A model generated the notes under the pieces. The model was not told where the DNA came from and did not search any database. It worked only from the letters and a program-made list of their open reading frames with translations. Below are positions 9,803-19,943 of a DNA stretch of 64,000 nt, one piece after another. Origin of the DNA: an uncultured Thiotrichales bacterium (GTDB taxonomy: Bacteria; Pseudomonadota; Gammaproteobacteria; GCA-2400775). The first letter of the stretch is position 1. Every line of letters begins with the position of its first letter. The stretch covers positions 9,523 to 73,522 of the forward strand of contig CAZTYM010000007.1 in NCBI GenBank assembly GCA_964617475.1, written 5' to 3'. Made by a program: the position numbers and the translations under genes.

Positions 9803-10819
9803 TTAAATCACCTCATTGTTGCGCAACATGACAGTATTAGTATAAAGCTGACGACGAAAACGATCGCCGTTTCCAGGCGTGCTTAGATCTAAATTAGAAT
9901 CACCCATCACATAGGTGTTATTGTTTAAGTAGCCGCCAGCCCCAGGGCACTCATCCCGAATTAATAACCAATACCGCACGGCTCTCACCTGGCTCCAATC
10001 GGTAACGTTATTAGCGTCTAAGTACTGGTCGATGACACCATCATTATTGGTGTTGACGCCGTATTGCACCTGAAGGTTTTCAACGCCGCGTATGACTTCT
10101 TCGCGTGTCGGAGTACCATTTACATCTAAAGCCAGACGATAAAGCGCAGGTACTGGAACCTGAATGCCGTCACAGTCGGCAGTTTGTGCACCAGAGTAAT
10201 ATGAGTAAGCTTCAAGCCAGCTATAGGTAATAGGCGTGTCTGTGAGATTACTAAAATTGTTGTTGTTATCTACAATCTCTTGTCGGCTAGCAACAAGCCT
10301 AATTTCGCCGTTAAATGGCGATGATTTCAGCAGTAAACCACGGTCATTCGTCATATCTGTTGCTGTGAGATTGGTTTGCCGAGAATAGCGCACAGTCAAC
10401 ACATCACCGGATAGGTAATCACCATCAGCAGCAGGTGAACCGAGTGCGTCAATGCAACCTGCATAACCAGTTAGATTATCATTAAGACCAAACACACCGC
10501 GTTCGACCATGCGGCCCCAACGATTATCGTTGAGACTTCCACATAGTCCGTCGGGATTGTCGGCAATCCCGGAAATTATGGAAGGATCTGCATTGCCACC
10601 CATGTATCCAGCTAAGCGTAGATCTTTATTAATCAAGTTTAGTGCATAGCGACCATTTTCTTGCATACGAGCGATGCTATCTTGAATGAGGTAACTTCGC
10701 TTAGCACTGATATAAACCTGAATCAGTCCTGTAATTAAGACAATACTGATAGTAATGGCAATCATTAGCTCGACAAGGCTAAAACCGCGGTGTTTGGGTG
10801 ATAGTGTCTTCATCATCAT
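9803..10819 (-). CDS. pilW: Type IV minor pilin PilW
   Basis: 338 aa. The prepilin leader is ...KHRG|FSLVELMIAI. Its size and position match PilW. Confidence 0.8.
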   Translation of the reverse strand: MMMKTLSPKHRGFSLVELMIAITISIVLITGLIQVYISAKRSYLIQDSIARMQENGRYALNLINKDLRLAGYMGGNADPSIISGIADNPDGLCGSLNDNRWGRMVERGVFGLNDNLTGYAGCIDALGSPAADGDYLSGDVLTVRYSRQTNLTATDMTNDRGLLLKSSPFNGEIRLVASRQEIVDNNNNFSNLTDTPITYSWLEAYSYYSGAQTADCDGIQVPVPALYRLALDVNGTPTREEVIRGVENLQVQYGVNTNNDGVIDQYLDANNVTDWSQVRAVRYWLLIRDECPGAGGYLNNNTYVMGDSNLDLSTPGNGDRFRRQLYTNTVMLRNNEVI

Positions 10820-10825
10820 AGCCTA

Positions 10826-11341
10826 CTAAGGAGTCACATTAAGAGTGACATTCTTCACCGGGTTCAATGCCGGGTTGGCGCCGGCAGCTTGGTTGTTGGG
10901 CTGTTGACTGGCATTCCATTGCACTATGATCTGATACTGAACAGGGTTAGCGTTAACACGTGTTACTTGCCCTGCTCCTTGTGGCAAAACCGTGTTTATC
11001 GAAGTAATCCACTGGTTAAGATCAAAACTGGCAATCTGGCCAGGAGTACATGCCGCATTAGAACAATCTTGATTAGGCGGATTGTTACCTAAGTTAATAA
11101 GGTAGTTGTTATTGCCTGCTTGAATAGCATAATCGCTATTGGCTCGAATTCTTTCAGCCAGATCTTGTGCCAGCAAAACTGCTTGACTGCGCAAGTAGGC
11201 ATTGTGTCCAGATGCTAAACCACGCGTTTGTAAGCTGGCCAGTGCAAGCAGGCCAACAGACAGAATGACTACGGCAATAAGCACTTCTAAAAGAGAGAAG
11301 CCTTTAGAGTAGCGTGAATTCTTGTTATTAAGGACAAGCAT
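10826..11341 (-). CDS. pilV: Type IV minor pilin PilV
   Basis: 171 aa. The prepilin leader is ...YSKG|FSLLEVLIAV. It lies between fimU and pilW. Confidence 0.8.
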   Translation of the reverse strand: MLVLNNKNSRYSKGFSLLEVLIAVVILSVGLLALASLQTRGLASGHNAYLRSQAVLLAQDLAERIRANSDYAIQAGNNNYLINLGNNPPNQDCSNAACTPGQIASFDLNQWITSINTVLPQGAGQVTRVNANPVQYQIIVQWNASQQPNNQAAGANPALNPVKNVTLNVTP

Positions 11342-11789
11342 CAGTAATCGCTATCCGACCGGTAGCTTCAATTTTGATCACGCGGTCATGGCTTACACTA
11401 TGCGCATCGCTTACGGTAAAGCAATCAGTATCGCTTTGTAAGTTACCACTACTATTAAACGTAATGGTCGCATCAATATTTGGTGTAATAGACAGGCCAT
11501 TTTGAATGGCTTCGGTACTGCGCAGTAGTGAGTTATCTGATGCTAGATTGACATTCCAGCCATCGCCCCAACCATTAGCAAAGCTAGATAGCGTGACGCT
11601 AGCGTTTCTTTTTATGGATTCGCTGCGCGCAAAACTAAGGTCAGAAATGAGCTGGTTCGTTTGAGCAGTAAGGCGATTATTTTGTACCATGCTATTAAAG
11701 CCAGGCACAGCAACAGTCAACAAGATAGCCGCAATAGAAAGCGTTATCATCAGCTCGATTAAAGTAAATCCGCTATTTTTTTCTCTCAT
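11328..11789 (-). CDS. fimU: Type IV minor pilin FimU (GspH/FimT family)
   Basis: The ATG at 11789 gives the short prepilin leader MREKNSG|FTLIELMITL. The track ORF extends to a TTG at 11894, which would add 35 non-leader-like residues. I prefer 11789. Confidence 0.75.
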   Translation of the reverse strand: MREKNSGFTLIELMITLSIAAILLTVAVPGFNSMVQNNRLTAQTNQLISDLSFARSESIKRNASVTLSSFANGWGDGWNVNLASDNSLLRSTEAIQNGLSITPNIDATITFNSSGNLQSDTDCFTVSDAHSVSHDRVIKIEATGRIAITDACP

Positions 11790-11923
11790 GGTGCAAGTAA
11801 AACCGATGCTTTGGAAAGTGTCAAAAATTTCGACACCAAACCCGATTAACAAAATAGAATTTCCGATAAGTGGTTGATTATATTGGTTTGTCAAAAATGT
11901 AACGCCCTAATACAGCATAGCGT

Positions 11924-13021
11924 ATGATGTCGGGTTTTCTCATAATTGAAGCTATGGTAGATGTAATCGTAATTGGCGGTGGGGTTATTGGCATGATGAC
12001 CGCGCGTAATCTCGCTTTGCGTGGAGCAAGTGTTACTTTAATAGAGCGAGGTAAGCTCGGTGCCGAATCCAGTTGGGCTGGCGGGGGCATTATTTCAGCA
12101 CTCAACCCCTGGCAGGCAACGCCAGCGATCAATCGTTTAATTCTTTGGGGCCATGAGAACTACCAAGCTTTGGCAGAAGACTTAGCTGCTAAGACAAGAT
12201 TGGATCCTGAGTGGCAACGTTCGGGTATGCTATTTGTCAGCGGTGAGTCTGAACTCGCTGAAAAATGGTCTTTCGAATCGGGAATAATGCTGGAAGATAT
12301 CAATGGTTCCAAACTAAAAACATTGTCCCCAGAACTCAATGCCGATAGCGCGATTTATTTGCCTGACGTTGCGCAAATTCGCAATCCACGTTTAGCTAAA
12401 TCATTGGCAATCTCTCTAAAGCAGCTCGGTGTCCAAGTTCTTGAAAATATGCGGGTTGACCAAATCGTAGTTGAGCAAGGCCAGCTCAAGTCTATCCAAT
12501 CAGGTAAGCAAGGGTTTTCAGCAGATAAGGTCGTGCTTGCAGCAGGTGCATGGTCAGCGAAATTGGTACCTGCGCTCGCTAAAAAACGGATCTTGCCTGT
12601 ACGCGGCGAAATGCTGTTATACAAATTGCCGCAAGGCAGTTTGAAACAAATCATCATTGGGCCATATGGCTATGCTATTCCAAGAAAAGATGGTCATGTG
12701 CTCTATGGCAGTACTGTGGAAGATGTTGGTTTTAACAAAGCTACAACAGATGGAGCGCTAAAAGAGCTCACCGTGGCGGCTGAACAGCTGCTACCAATAC
12801 TCAACCCCTCTGCTTTAGTAGGTCACTGGGCTGGTTTACGACCCGGTTCAGATAATGGCGTGCCGGTGATCAGTAGTGCTCCAGAAATCGAAAATTTATT
12901 TATCAACTGTGGCCATTTTCGTAACGGTATTGCCATGGCACCCGCATCGGCTCAGTTAATGGCTGATTTAGTAGAAGGGGTTAAACCAAAAATAGAGGCG
13001 GATGATTATGCATTAATGTAA
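11924..13021 (+). CDS. thiO: FAD-dependent glycine oxidase / D-amino-acid-oxidase family protein (ThiO-like)
   Basis: It has the dinucleotide-binding motif DVIVIGGGVIGMMTA near the N-terminus. It is divergent from fimU, as the DAO-family gene is in P. aeruginosa. The ATG at 11954 (MVDVIVIGGG) is an equally plausible start. Confidence 0.72.
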   Translation: MMSGFLIIEAMVDVIVIGGGVIGMMTARNLALRGASVTLIERGKLGAESSWAGGGIISALNPWQATPAINRLILWGHENYQALAEDLAAKTRLDPEWQRSGMLFVSGESELAEKWSFESGIMLEDINGSKLKTLSPELNADSAIYLPDVAQIRNPRLAKSLAISLKQLGVQVLENMRVDQIVVEQGQLKSIQSGKQGFSADKVVLAAGAWSAKLVPALAKKRILPVRGEMLLYKLPQGSLKQIIIGPYGYAIPRKDGHVLYGSTVEDVGFNKATTDGALKELTVAAEQLLPILNPSALVGHWAGLRPGSDNGVPVISSAPEIENLFINCGHFRNGIAMAPASAQLMADLVEGVKPKIEADDYALM

Positions 13022-13070
13022 TTTGCGGAAATGACGTAAATATTTATAATCATTAGACTTTTGTAAAAAT

Positions 13071-13146
13071 GCCGGTGTAGCTCAGTTGGTAGAGCAGCTC
13101 ATTCGTAATGAGAAGGTCGTAGGTTCGACTCCTATCTCCGGCACCA
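13071..13146 (+). tRNA. tRNA-Thr (anticodon CGT)
   Basis: The 76-nt sequence folds as a cloverleaf. It has D-arm GCTCAGTTGGTAGAGC, anticodon stem-loop CTCATTCGTAATGAG, T-arm GTAGGTTCGACTCCTAT and an encoded CCA. It is near-identical in body to E. coli tRNA-Thr(CGU) as I recall it. The acceptor stem has one U6:U67 mismatch. Confidence 0.95.
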
Positions 13147-13234
13147 CTTAGAACCGCTGCGCGTTTCATTAAGTACTTCCTGAACCCGTGTTACTCGTTC
13201 TGGTCGCACTTTGAAATAAAACCCTTCAGAAATT

Positions 13235-13345
13235 GTAGCCCGGAAGTAGCGCAGCGCGACCGAAGGAAGTGCTTTAGTAGATTCCGGGGAAACACTGCGT
13301 GATGCTATTTGCCTCCTGGACTGCGCTGCGCTCCCTCCGGGCTAC
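13235..13345 (-). repeat. Intergenic repeat element, copy C: 111-nt hairpin carrying the 17-nt core in reverse orientation
   Basis: The arms GTAGCCCGGAAGTAGCGCAGCGC (13235-13257) and GCGCTGCGCTCCCTCCGGGCTAC (13323-13345) are complementary at 21 of 23 positions. The core GCGACCGAAGGAAGTGC at 13256-13272 is the reverse complement of the copy B core. The sequence is REP-like (GTAGCCCGG...CCGGGCTAC). Confidence 0.8.
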
Positions 13346-13455
13346 GGACTGATTTTATAGGGGTCGGTACCTCGTTTTTTGTTTTGTAAAAACGGGTCCG
13401 TTACCCCTTAAAATCATTTCCGCTGAAAGCGGGAATCACAAGCCTAATAAAATTT

Positions 13456-15285
13456 CTATGCCACCACTTTCGATCTGCTTGCACGTTTTCTTTCGTGCTC
13501 TAACAAGAACTTCTTCCGAATCCGAATGGATTCAGGTGTTACTTCAACCAGCTCATCATCGTCAATAAATTCTAAAGCCTGTTCTAGGTCAAAAATGATT
13601 GGTGGTGTCAGCACAATATTGTCATCGGTGCCTGATGCACGAACGTTGGTTAATTGTTTGCCTTTTAAAGGGTTAACTGTTAGATCATTATCTCGCGAAT
13701 GAATACCGATAACCTGGCCTTCGTATAGGTCTTCACCATGACCGATAAATAGGCGGCCGCGTTCTTGTAAGTTAAATAAAGAATAACCTAGGCTTTTGCC
13801 TGTGCCGTTGGATATCAATACACCGTTTTGACGTTGAGCAAGCTCACCGGTTTTAACAGATGCATAGCGTTCAAAGCTGTGATACATCAAACCTGTACCT
13901 GAAGTCGCAGTCATAAATTCGGTTCGAAAACCAATTAAGCCACGTGCAGGGATTTCATATTCCAAACGAACTCGGCCATTACCATCGGGTGCCATATTGC
14001 GTAAATTGCCGCCGCGCTCGCCGAGTTTTTCCATGACGGCACCTTGCGCAGTGTCTTCTACATCAACGGTGAGTTGTTCCCAAGGTTCTTGCATTTCGCC
14101 ATCGATTTCTTTGGTGATAACTTGCGGTCGACCAATGGCCATTTCAAAACCTTCGCGCCGCATGTTCTCGATCAATATCGATAAATGTAGCTCACCGCGG
14201 CCGGATACTAAAAACACGTTAGGATCTTCGGTGTCTTCAACGCGCAGTGCTACATTATGAATCAGTTCTTTATCGAAACGCTCGCGCAGCTGGCGGCTGG
14301 TTACATATTTACCTTCTTTACCTGCGAAAGGTGAGTTGTTAACGTGAAAACTCATTGAAATGGTGGGCTCGTCAACGGTAAGTGCGGGCAATTTTTCTGG
14401 AGTTTCAGGGTCACATAGCGTGTCGGAAATGCGAATGTTCTCAACACCTGTAATCGCAACAATATCACCGGCTTCCGCTTCTTCGGTTTCGACGCGCTCT
14501 AAACCCAAAAAACCAAGCACTTGTAAGATTCGTGCGTTACGTTGTTTGTCCTCTGTGTCGACCAGTACTATTGGTGTGTTGGTTTTAATTTTGCCGCGTG
14601 TAATACGACCAATACCAATGGCACCGACGTAGCTGGAGTAATCAAGCGAGGTGATCTGCATTTGAAATGGACCATCGACGCTGACCTCAGGTGCTGGCGC
14701 ATGATCACGAATGGTTTCAAACAAGGGTTCCATATTGCCATCTGGGTCGATGTCTTCAGCATCTAGTGTCGCGTAGCCACCAATGGCGGAGGTGTAAACT
14801 ACAGGGAAATCAAGTTGATCGTCTGTAGCACCGAGCTGATCGAATAATTCAAAAGTTTGGTCAATAACCCAGTCAGGGCGTGCGCCAGGCCGATCAATCT
14901 TGTTGACCACTACAATGGGCTTTAGACCTTTAGCAAAGGCTTTTTGCGTGACAAAACGGGTTTGCGGCATGGGGCCGTCGACAGCATCGACCAGCAAAAC
15001 CACCGAATCCACCATAGATAGTACGCGCTCAACCTCGCCACCAAAATCGGCGTGTCCTGGAGTGTCGACGATATTGATTTTATAGTCGCCCCATTGAATA
15101 GCCGTATTCTTAGAAAGAATAGTGATACCGCGTTCTTTCTCGATATCATTACTATCCATGACTCGCTCAGTGGTTGGTTTTCGGGCGTCGAGGGTGCCAG
15201 ATTGTTGCAATAGGCAGTCCACCAGGGTGGTTTTACCGTGGTCAACGTGGGCAACAATGGCGATATTGCGGCGTTTTGCGCTCAA
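13456..15285 (-). CDS. typA: Translational GTPase TypA/BipA
   Basis: 609 aa. It has G1 [26 protein letters not shown], and EF-G-like domains. The apparent start is TTG, preceded by GGAGA. Confidence 0.97.
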   Translation of the reverse strand: MSAKRRNIAIVAHVDHGKTTLVDCLLQQSGTLDARKPTTERVMDSNDIEKERGITILSKNTAIQWGDYKINIVDTPGHADFGGEVERVLSMVDSVVLLVDAVDGPMPQTRFVTQKAFAKGLKPIVVVNKIDRPGARPDWVIDQTFELFDQLGATDDQLDFPVVYTSAIGGYATLDAEDIDPDGNMEPLFETIRDHAPAPEVSVDGPFQMQITSLDYSSYVGAIGIGRITRGKIKTNTPIVLVDTEDKQRNARILQVLGFLGLERVETEEAEAGDIVAITGVENIRISDTLCDPETPEKLPALTVDEPTISMSFHVNNSPFAGKEGKYVTSRQLRERFDKELIHNVALRVEDTEDPNVFLVSGRGELHLSILIENMRREGFEMAIGRPQVITKEIDGEMQEPWEQLTVDVEDTAQGAVMEKLGERGGNLRNMAPDGNGRVRLEYEIPARGLIGFRTEFMTATSGTGLMYHSFERYASVKTGELAQRQNGVLISNGTGKSLGYSLFNLQERGRLFIGHGEDLYEGQVIGIHSRDNDLTVNPLKGKQLTNVRASGTDDNIVLTPPIIFDLEQALEFIDDDELVEVTPESIRIRKKFLLEHERKRASRSKVVA

Positions 15286-15378
15286 GGGGAGTCTCCAGAC
15301 AAAAATGAGGCGAATTATACGTGGCTTAGCGGCAGAGTCGAATCGTTTTCTACTATCGGACTCGAATTATGTCTTTCG

Positions 15379-16971
15379 CTACCAGAATATGGTCACTATT
15401 GCCCCAGTTATGCCCAGTAAAGCCAGTGACTGCAGTCGATAATTGACATACCAAGGCCGTTTTTTGAGCTGTTGAGATTCTGCGTGGAAAGACTCTTTAC
15501 TCCAGAGAAGTGGCTCTATCTTGGTAATATCAGGTGCGGGGCGCAGTGGGCTAAGCGTTATTGCGCTTAGTGCACAAATAACAAACAAGATTGGCGCGAT
15601 GTAGAGAAAGTGGATGACAAATACTCCAGTGATGACATTGAGCCAAAACAGGATAACACCCGCGATAAAACTGATGACTAAACTCGATCCTGCGCCGAAA
15701 CTGTTAACTCGCTTTGAGAATAAGCCGAGTAGCATAATGGCGACGATGGGTGGTACGGTGTAGGCCAATACCGCTTGTAAATATTTAAAGAGTGAATCAA
15801 AGTGTTCTATTTGCGGTGCCCAAAAAACCGCGAGCAGCATGAAGACGAACGTCACCCACTGGCCGATAGTTTTAAGCTGTTTTGCGGTGAGTTGACGCCT
15901 AGATGGTGCGATGAAATCCATGGTAACCAGGGTAGCTGCAGAATTCAGTGTCGAGTCAATTTGTGACATTAAGGCCGCCATAAAGCCTGCGAGCACTAAT
16001 CCCAACAGGCCGATGGGTAGCAGATCAAACATCAGGGTAGGATAAACCAGGTCGGCGCGTTCTAGGTCTGGATAGAGCAAGATCGCGAAGGTGCCTGGTA
16101 ATACCATAATAAACAGTACAGGCAATTTGAGTAAGCCGGCGAATAAAGCTCCCCAGCGACCGTGGTCAATATTTTTGGCGCTAAGTAAGCGTTGCGCCAT
16201 GAATTGATTGCTGCACCAGAAATAAAAGCCGAGCAGCGATATCCCTAATACCAGGCCTGGCCAAGGCACGCCGGAGTCATCGGCAGGACGAATTAACGAG
16301 AGCATATCGCTGGGTACTTCACTCACTATAGTCGACCAACCGCCAACTTGTTGATAAGCGATGACTGTAATTACCACTGAACCAATAATCAGTAGTACGC
16401 CCTGTAGGGCGTCGGTATAAATCACAGCTGATAGCCCGCCGATAATGGTATAGATGCCCGCGACTACCGCTAAAATCGTGATGGTTTGCCAAAGTGGTAT
16501 TTCTGGGAAGACAAGTTTTAGCAATAACCCACCTGCATAAAGACTGCCAGCTGTATCGACTACGATATTAAGAAACAGCGTGAGGAGAGAAAAATATTTC
16601 CTGATGCCTGAATTAAAACGGCGTTCAAGAAATTCAGGCATAGTGTATACACGAGAACGTAAAACTTGCGGCAACATAAAAAAACAGTAAAAAACCAGAA
16701 TGATTGCCGCCATCCATTCATAGTTAAATACTGAGATACCCGTGTTATAGGCTTCGCCAGCAAGCCCAATCAATGTGGTGCTAGAAATATTTGAAGCAAA
16801 TAGACTGATACCGATAAATGGCCAAAGCATGGCTCGGTTGGCGAGAAAATAACCTTCTGCATGATTATGCGCGTGGCGCGACAAAAATAAGCCCATTGCA
16901 ATAATGGCAATGAGATATGCGGCTCCTATCCATATATCGACAGTTGATAATTGGTAAAGCGTTGCGTCCAT
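15379..16971 (-). CDS. Sodium:solute symporter (SSS/SGLT family); substrate not determinable
   Basis: 530 aa with about 13-14 hydrophobic segments. The N-terminus (YFLANR, NISSTTLIGLAGEAY) is typical of SSS/SGLT transporters. Confidence 0.85.
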   Translation of the reverse strand: MDATLYQLSTVDIWIGAAYLIAIIAMGLFLSRHAHNHAEGYFLANRAMLWPFIGISLFASNISSTTLIGLAGEAYNTGISVFNYEWMAAIILVFYCFFMLPQVLRSRVYTMPEFLERRFNSGIRKYFSLLTLFLNIVVDTAGSLYAGGLLLKLVFPEIPLWQTITILAVVAGIYTIIGGLSAVIYTDALQGVLLIIGSVVITVIAYQQVGGWSTIVSEVPSDMLSLIRPADDSGVPWPGLVLGISLLGFYFWCSNQFMAQRLLSAKNIDHGRWGALFAGLLKLPVLFIMVLPGTFAILLYPDLERADLVYPTLMFDLLPIGLLGLVLAGFMAALMSQIDSTLNSAATLVTMDFIAPSRRQLTAKQLKTIGQWVTFVFMLLAVFWAPQIEHFDSLFKYLQAVLAYTVPPIVAIMLLGLFSKRVNSFGAGSSLVISFIAGVILFWLNVITGVFVIHFLYIAPILFVICALSAITLSPLRPAPDITKIEPLLWSKESFHAESQQLKKRPWYVNYRLQSLALLGITGAIVTIFW

Positions 16972-17076
16972 ACTTTCAGAGGTAAGGTCATGCAGAGGGT
17001 TTAACTTGTTGTATCATAGCGCTCTCTATGTATTCCAGTGATTTTTGTGAGCAAAAAAGGCGCTAAGCCCGGTTCT

Positions 17077-17631
17077 ATGTCAATTGATGGGCGTGGTTGG
17101 TTAACGGATGCAGTTCGTGTAGATAGCCCCAACTTTGACGAACGTCCGTCTGACTGTGAACCTAGTCTTGTGGTGATTCACAATATAAGTCTGCCTCCGG
17201 GCGAATACGGAGGGCCTTGGATTGATGAATTATTTTGTAATTGTCTAGATCCGAATGCGCACCCATATTTTGCTGAAATTTCAAAGCTTAAAGTGTCATC
17301 GCACCTATTTATTCGTCGTAATGGTGAAGTTCGGCAATATGTATCCTTTGATAATCGCGCATGGCATGCGGGTAAGTCGTGTTTTCAAGGAAGAGAAGCG
17401 TGTAATGATTTTTCGATTGGTATCGAACTCGAAGGCTGTGATGACGAGCTCTATACGGATGTTCAATATCAAACCCTGGTCGAGCTGACTACAATACTGC
17501 AGCAGCGTTATCCTGCTATTCTTGCAGAAAGAATCGTAGGCCATAGTGATATTGCGCCAGAACGCAAAACGGATCCCGGCCAAGCTTTTGATTGGCCCAA
17601 GTATAAAGAGATGTTGAAAAGCAGTCAGTAA
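17077..17631 (+). CDS. ampD: 1,6-anhydro-N-acetylmuramyl-L-alanine amidase AmpD
   Basis: It has amidase_2 motifs HNISLPPGEYGG, AWHAGKS and GHSDIAPERKTDPG. It is followed by ampE. The track ORF begins at a GTG at 17038, but I prefer the ATG at 17077. Confidence 0.9.
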   Translation: MSIDGRGWLTDAVRVDSPNFDERPSDCEPSLVVIHNISLPPGEYGGPWIDELFCNCLDPNAHPYFAEISKLKVSSHLFIRRNGEVRQYVSFDNRAWHAGKSCFQGREACNDFSIGIELEGCDDELYTDVQYQTLVELTTILQQRYPAILAERIVGHSDIAPERKTDPGQAFDWPKYKEMLKSSQ

Positions 17632-17652
17632 AAGAAGGAATGAGGTGGAACT

Positions 17653-18555
17653 ATGAACTTAGTTGCTATTCTTCTCGCTTTATTAATTGAGCGATATGCG
17701 CCGTCTATAGACGAATTACGAGAATACCGCTGGCTAGAAAAAATTATTAGTTTTTCCGTTCAGCACTCTAAAATATTTTGTTTTGGCGGAGGAGTTTTAG
17801 GCTTATTACTTATATTGCTGCTGCCAATACTCATTATACTGTATCTACAAAATTTAATTGCAGGCACAAACAGCGTATTTTACATAGTTTTTTGTGTGGC
17901 CGTGCTTGCTTATAGTTTTGGGCCGTCTAATTTAGATAGGCAACTAAGGGGATATGTTTCAGCCTGCGAATCTGGGAATGTTGAAGAAACAAAACGTAGT
18001 GCTCAGCAAATTATAGGGCAGGACGACAGTTCTATTGATGATGTCGAGTCTTTGCATCCGTTGGTTTTGGATGGTGTACTAGTAGAAAATAACGAACGAT
18101 TACTAGGTGTCATTTTCTGGTTTGTCTTATTGGGGCCGGTAGGTGCTGTATTTTTTAGATTATCCTCATTATTAAAATCAGATCTGCTTAGAGAAAGCGA
18201 AAGCTTGTCAAGCGTCGCTGAAAGTGCCGGAATATTGCATGGCATCTTGGCATGGATTCCAGCGCGGCTTACTGCTATTTCCTATGCTGTAGCAGGCAGT
18301 TTTATAGATGTAATCGAATGCTGGCGGATAAATAAATCTGAGTGGGCCCATGATTGGGTGGCAGGTAATCGTAGGCTACTGGTAGATGTTGGTATTAGCG
18401 CCCTTCAGTTTCGAACATGTCGCGATGGTGTGGAAGTTGATGATCCTTCGGATTGGCATGATCATATAGATAATGCGCATAGACTGAGCGTTCGAACCTT
18501 AGTGATTTGGTTGATTGTGATAGCGCTGTTAACTCTATGGGGATGGGCAAGCTAG
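17653..18555 (+). CDS. ampE: Regulatory membrane protein AmpE
   Basis: It is a 300-aa membrane protein immediately downstream of ampD, in the classical ampDE arrangement. Its N-terminus MNLVAILLALLIERY resembles AmpE. Confidence 0.8.
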   Translation: MNLVAILLALLIERYAPSIDELREYRWLEKIISFSVQHSKIFCFGGGVLGLLLILLLPILIILYLQNLIAGTNSVFYIVFCVAVLAYSFGPSNLDRQLRGYVSACESGNVEETKRSAQQIIGQDDSSIDDVESLHPLVLDGVLVENNERLLGVIFWFVLLGPVGAVFFRLSSLLKSDLLRESESLSSVAESAGILHGILAWIPARLTAISYAVAGSFIDVIECWRINKSEWAHDWVAGNRRLLVDVGISALQFRTCRDGVEVDDPSDWHDHIDNAHRLSVRTLVIWLIVIALLTLWGWAS

Positions 18556-18566
18556 AACTTTTCTTT

Positions 18567-19169
18567 ATGTCAAAGCAACTTATCACAACTGTAGATTTGA
18601 TTCGTCATGGTGAGCCTGTTGGCGGCAGTCGCTATCGCGGTCAAATCGACGATCCACTGAGTGAATTAGGTTGGGAGCAGATGCGTGAAGCGATGCCTGA
18701 GACGATACCTTGGCAGCGAATCATCAGCTCGCCTTTAACGCGTTGTTCGGCCTTTGCCCAAGAGTTGGCGGAGCAAAATAATTTACCGCTTAGCCAAGAT
18801 AGTAATTTCAAGGAAATTGGCTTTGGCGTTTGGGAGGGTATGACGCGTGATCAATTACGGGCTGATGATCCAACCATTATAGAACGCTTTTTTAAAGATC
18901 CTGTTACGAATCGACCAGAAGGCGCGGAACGCTTAGTTGACTTTAAGGCACGAGTGGAAAAGGCAATCACTGATATCACTATCAAGCATCAGGGCAAACA
19001 TGTACTGGTGGTGGCACATGCCGGAGTGATTCGTGCGGCTATGTGTTATGTGCTAGGTATGCCGATAGAAAATATGTTTCGCATTAAAGTCACTAATGCA
19101 TCGATTACGCGTTTACAGCTTGCTGATGGCGCGCCAGCAGTAATGTTATTTCACGAAGGTCAGCCTTAA
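18567..19169 (+). CDS. cobC: Histidine phosphatase family protein, alpha-ribazole-phosphatase (CobC)-like
   Basis: It has the RHGEP catalytic motif near the N-terminus (DLIRHGEPVGG) and a late H in VVAHAGVIR. It is adjacent to cobalamin salvage genes. The ATG at 18567 avoids overlap with ampE, whereas the track ORF starts at 18507. Confidence 0.7.
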   Translation: MSKQLITTVDLIRHGEPVGGSRYRGQIDDPLSELGWEQMREAMPETIPWQRIISSPLTRCSAFAQELAEQNNLPLSQDSNFKEIGFGVWEGMTRDQLRADDPTIIERFFKDPVTNRPEGAERLVDFKARVEKAITDITIKHQGKHVLVVAHAGVIRAAMCYVLGMPIENMFRIKVTNASITRLQLADGAPAVMLFHEGQP

Positions 19170-19939
19170 GTTGATTCTTGTAAAGCAGCAATCGCTTTTA
19201 ACGTCGGCACGTCGAGATTAGCCGCTTCGGCTTGTTCCAATGCACGTTTTAGCCTTGCTGGTGCGGAGCGACCCATGCATTTATGTTCCGGGTCCGCGTC
19301 CACTGCTGTGCGCATGGCATCAACTAATTTGTTTTTATCAAACTCACAGCCAGTTAGTGCAGTTTGAATGGCAAGTACATCTTCAACCACATCGAGCATA
19401 AAGCTTTCGTGTTGTGTTTGCAGTTCACCGACATTACCACCGACTTTTAAGCCGGCGACATTGGTAGTAACGATATATAAATTTTTTACCACGAGTTCGA
19501 ATAATAGCTCGGTGTCGTCAGCGAGCACCCGCACAGGAATTTCTAAAGTACCAAGCGCATCTTGAAGTTTTTGCGCGTGTCGACCATAAGCAGGTGAAGG
19601 TATCAGCACCTTGCTGTCTTGGCCTTTCTTCTTTTCAAACCAAATTGAGATAACTGTAGGATCAGTTAAATCATGGTTAGCCCAGCTAGATGGCAGTAAT
19701 TCATTTTGTAATAACACCACTCGGTCACGCCATTGATTGGGTAATGATTCAAGGCTTGCTTGTAGAGCGCCTTCACCGACAGCTACTACTACTAGCTCTG
19801 GCTCAGGGTTTGCTCTGGCAACCGCTTCAATATCGCTATTTCGCACTATAGGAATGACAGGCTTTCCTAGGCGCAAAAAGCCGCGCGCTATTACGCTGCC
19901 GATTTCTCCAATACCAATAACAATAATTGCAGATTTCAT
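19166..19939 (-). CDS. NAD(P)-binding oxidoreductase with ketopantoate-reductase-like architecture; function unknown
   Basis: It has the Rossmann motif AIIVIGIGEIGSVIARG at the N-terminus and a helical C-terminal half. The ATG at 19939 lies 2 nt after the pduO-type gene stop (19944), so it is the last gene of the riboswitch-controlled operon. The track ORF extends to 20011. Confidence 0.65.
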   Translation of the reverse strand: MKSAIIVIGIGEIGSVIARGFLRLGKPVIPIVRNSDIEAVARANPEPELVVVAVGEGALQASLESLPNQWRDRVVLLQNELLPSSWANHDLTDPTVISIWFEKKKGQDSKVLIPSPAYGRHAQKLQDALGTLEIPVRVLADDTELLFELVVKNLYIVTTNVAGLKVGGNVGELQTQHESFMLDVVEDVLAIQTALTGCEFDKNKLVDAMRTAVDADPEHKCMGRSAPARLKRALEQAEAANLDVPTLKAIAALQEST

Positions 19940-19943
19940 GATA

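Noticed and set aside
11790-11894. A 35-residue N-terminal extension of FimU from a TTG start.
   Set aside because: Prepilin leaders are short and end in Gly before the hydrophobic F-T-L-I-E segment. The ATG at 11789 gives the canonical MREKNSG leader.
13147-13455. A genomic island or integrated element at the tRNA-Thr 3' end.
   Set aside because: There is no integrase or cargo genes, and typA follows after 309 nt. I saw no duplicate of the tRNA 3' end that would mark an att site. The region is better explained as REP-like repeats.
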